A DNA stretch of 64,000 nt. Origin: Monocercomonoides exilis PA203. Its lineage: Eukaryota; Protista; Preaxostyla. This document shows, piece after piece, positions 62,719 through 64,000 of the stretch. The DNA lies in NCBI GenBank assembly GCA_001643675.2, contig LSRY02000053.1:124001-188000 (forward strand), in the 5' to 3' direction. The translations under genes were made by a program, and so were the position numbers. Numbering within the stretch: the stretch's first letter is position 1; the number at the start of each line of letters is the position of its first letter. The notes under the pieces were generated by a model. That model did not search any database. It saw only the letters and a program-made list of their open reading frames with translations, and was not told where the DNA came from.

Positions 62719-63768
62719 ATGCTTTTAGATAATGCTCCTCTTGGACGATATCGCATCGTGGTTAATGCAAATGAATGGAAAGAAACGGATAATGATGAAT
62801 TTGAAAGAGCTATAGCTCTTGTTGGGGAAGAGGAGCAGGAACGAATTCGAAAATTCAAATTCATAAAAGATGCAAAAACTGCTTTGATAGGAAGGCTTAT
62901 TCTCAATGCAATGGCAGTGAAAACATTGGGTATTCGAAATGCTTCTCTTAAATGGAAAAGAACAGATAAAGGAAAACCATTTATTGATCCTGCGTGCGTT
63001 GATGGCATTTCTACAGCAAATCATTATTCAAACTTTTCGTATAACATTTCCCATAGCGGTCATTGGGTTGTTGGTGCTTCTGAACTTGAGTTTCCGATTG
63101 GAATCGATGTTAATGATCACGGCTTAAGACCTAATTGCAAAATTGATTTTGATGAATTTGACGATGTTACTGCAGAAGAAAATTTTGAAATACTGAAATC
63201 TTATTTTTCAACATTTAAACATATATTTTCTCCTCCCGAGGCAAAACACATGGAAAGCTTACGTTTCAAATCAGGACCTGTTAGACTATTAGAATTTTCT
63301 CGTTTCTGGACATCAAAGGAAAGCTTTGTTAAAGTGAGTGGACTTGGCTTCAACTTTGACGTTGCAAGATTACATTTTGATTTTAGCGAATATCATCAAT
63401 CTGACATACCAAAAATGCCAACTAGTGTTATGGCAGCACCTATTAAAGTTAGTGTTGATGGAAAAGATGTTTCAAGTGAATGGATGTTTGAGCAATTTAT
63501 TCTTGATCGCTATCATATTGTGAATGTTGCTATTCGTACCAATCCAGAATCTTTATCAAATTCCTCTGTGTATTCAAGTTCATCATCAACTCCATCTTCT
63601 TCAACTTCTGCTGAGCATATTCTGTCTTCTGGTGAAAAAGTTGAAAGCGAGATCATTCATGCTTCTTTGGACTCCAAGGTTTATAAGGAAAAAATAGAAC
63701 ATCTTCATCCTCTGCCATTGCTATTATTAAAACCAGCTGATATCATTAAATATTTGGAGGAAAACTGA
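62719..63768 (+). CDS. 4'-phosphopantetheinyl transferase, Sfp/Lys5 (AASDHPPT) type
   Basis: Motifs EQERIRKFKFIKDAKTALIGRL, KGKP, YNISHSGHWV, IGIDV and FSRFWTSKESFVKVSGLG. Intronless 349 aa. Confidence 0.93.
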   Translation: MLLDNAPLGRYRIVVNANEWKETDNDEFERAIALVGEEEQERIRKFKFIKDAKTALIGRLILNAMAVKTLGIRNASLKWKRTDKGKPFIDPACVDGISTANHYSNFSYNISHSGHWVVGASELEFPIGIDVNDHGLRPNCKIDFDEFDDVTAEENFEILKSYFSTFKHIFSPPEAKHMESLRFKSGPVRLLEFSRFWTSKESFVKVSGLGFNFDVARLHFDFSEYHQSDIPKMPTSVMAAPIKVSVDGKDVSSEWMFEQFILDRYHIVNVAIRTNPESLSNSSVYSSSSSTPSSSTSAEHILSSGEKVESEIIHASLDSKVYKEKIEHLHPLPLLLLKPADIIKYLEEN

Positions 63769-64000
63769 TGAATTGAAATATTCGAAAGTTGTTGAGCTCA
63801 ACGCGCCTTTGTGAGATAATCTCGAACGATAACAGTAAGGTACTGTATTTTGAAATTTTAATAAATTTTTAGAAATGTGACTTTATTTCAATGATTTCCT
63901 TGAATTATTAGAATTGAATATTTATTCAAAGAGTATTAAATGCTCCTCATTATTTTGACTGCTTATTTTAAACAAGTTGAAAACTGTATCTTTTTTCGAA

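Noticed and set aside
1-64000. tRNA, rRNA, CRISPR array or telomeric repeats
   Set aside because: None recognised by eye. The short tandem repeats are microsatellites without spacers. A tRNAscan/Infernal run would be needed to exclude small RNAs.

Overview
AT-rich eukaryotic DNA with short spliceosomal introns and the standard genetic code. The gene families suggest an oxymonad/metamonad protist such as Monocercomonoides; this is inference, not a database result. The first ~21 kb holds degenerate gene relics, three intron-sharing paralogs of an uncharacterised family, a 975-bp foldback element, a Tc1/mariner-type MITE and a Merlin/IS1595-like transposase relic. A ~3,750-aa large Sec7 Arf-GEF gene follows (21092-32575). 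The dominant structure is a 26.8-kb palindrome: two ~8.17-kb inverted arms (32780-40948 and 51405-59575) that differ, as far as I can see, only by four 1-bp homopolymer indels. The arms encode the same ~2,520-aa stalk, transmembrane helix and pseudokinase part of two divergently oriented giant surface receptors. Each receptor's ~500-aa N-terminal tip lies in the spacer, and the two tips are homologous but strongly diverged. Near the spacer centre is a full-length DIRS1-type tyrosine-recombinase retrotransposon (43397-49433) with ITRs and an ICR. Its gag and RT/RNaseH/MT frames are disrupted, while the overlapping 1,237-codon recombinase frame is fully open. The window ends with a multi-exon amino-acid transporter head-to-head with an Sfp/Lys5-type phosphopantetheinyl transferase.
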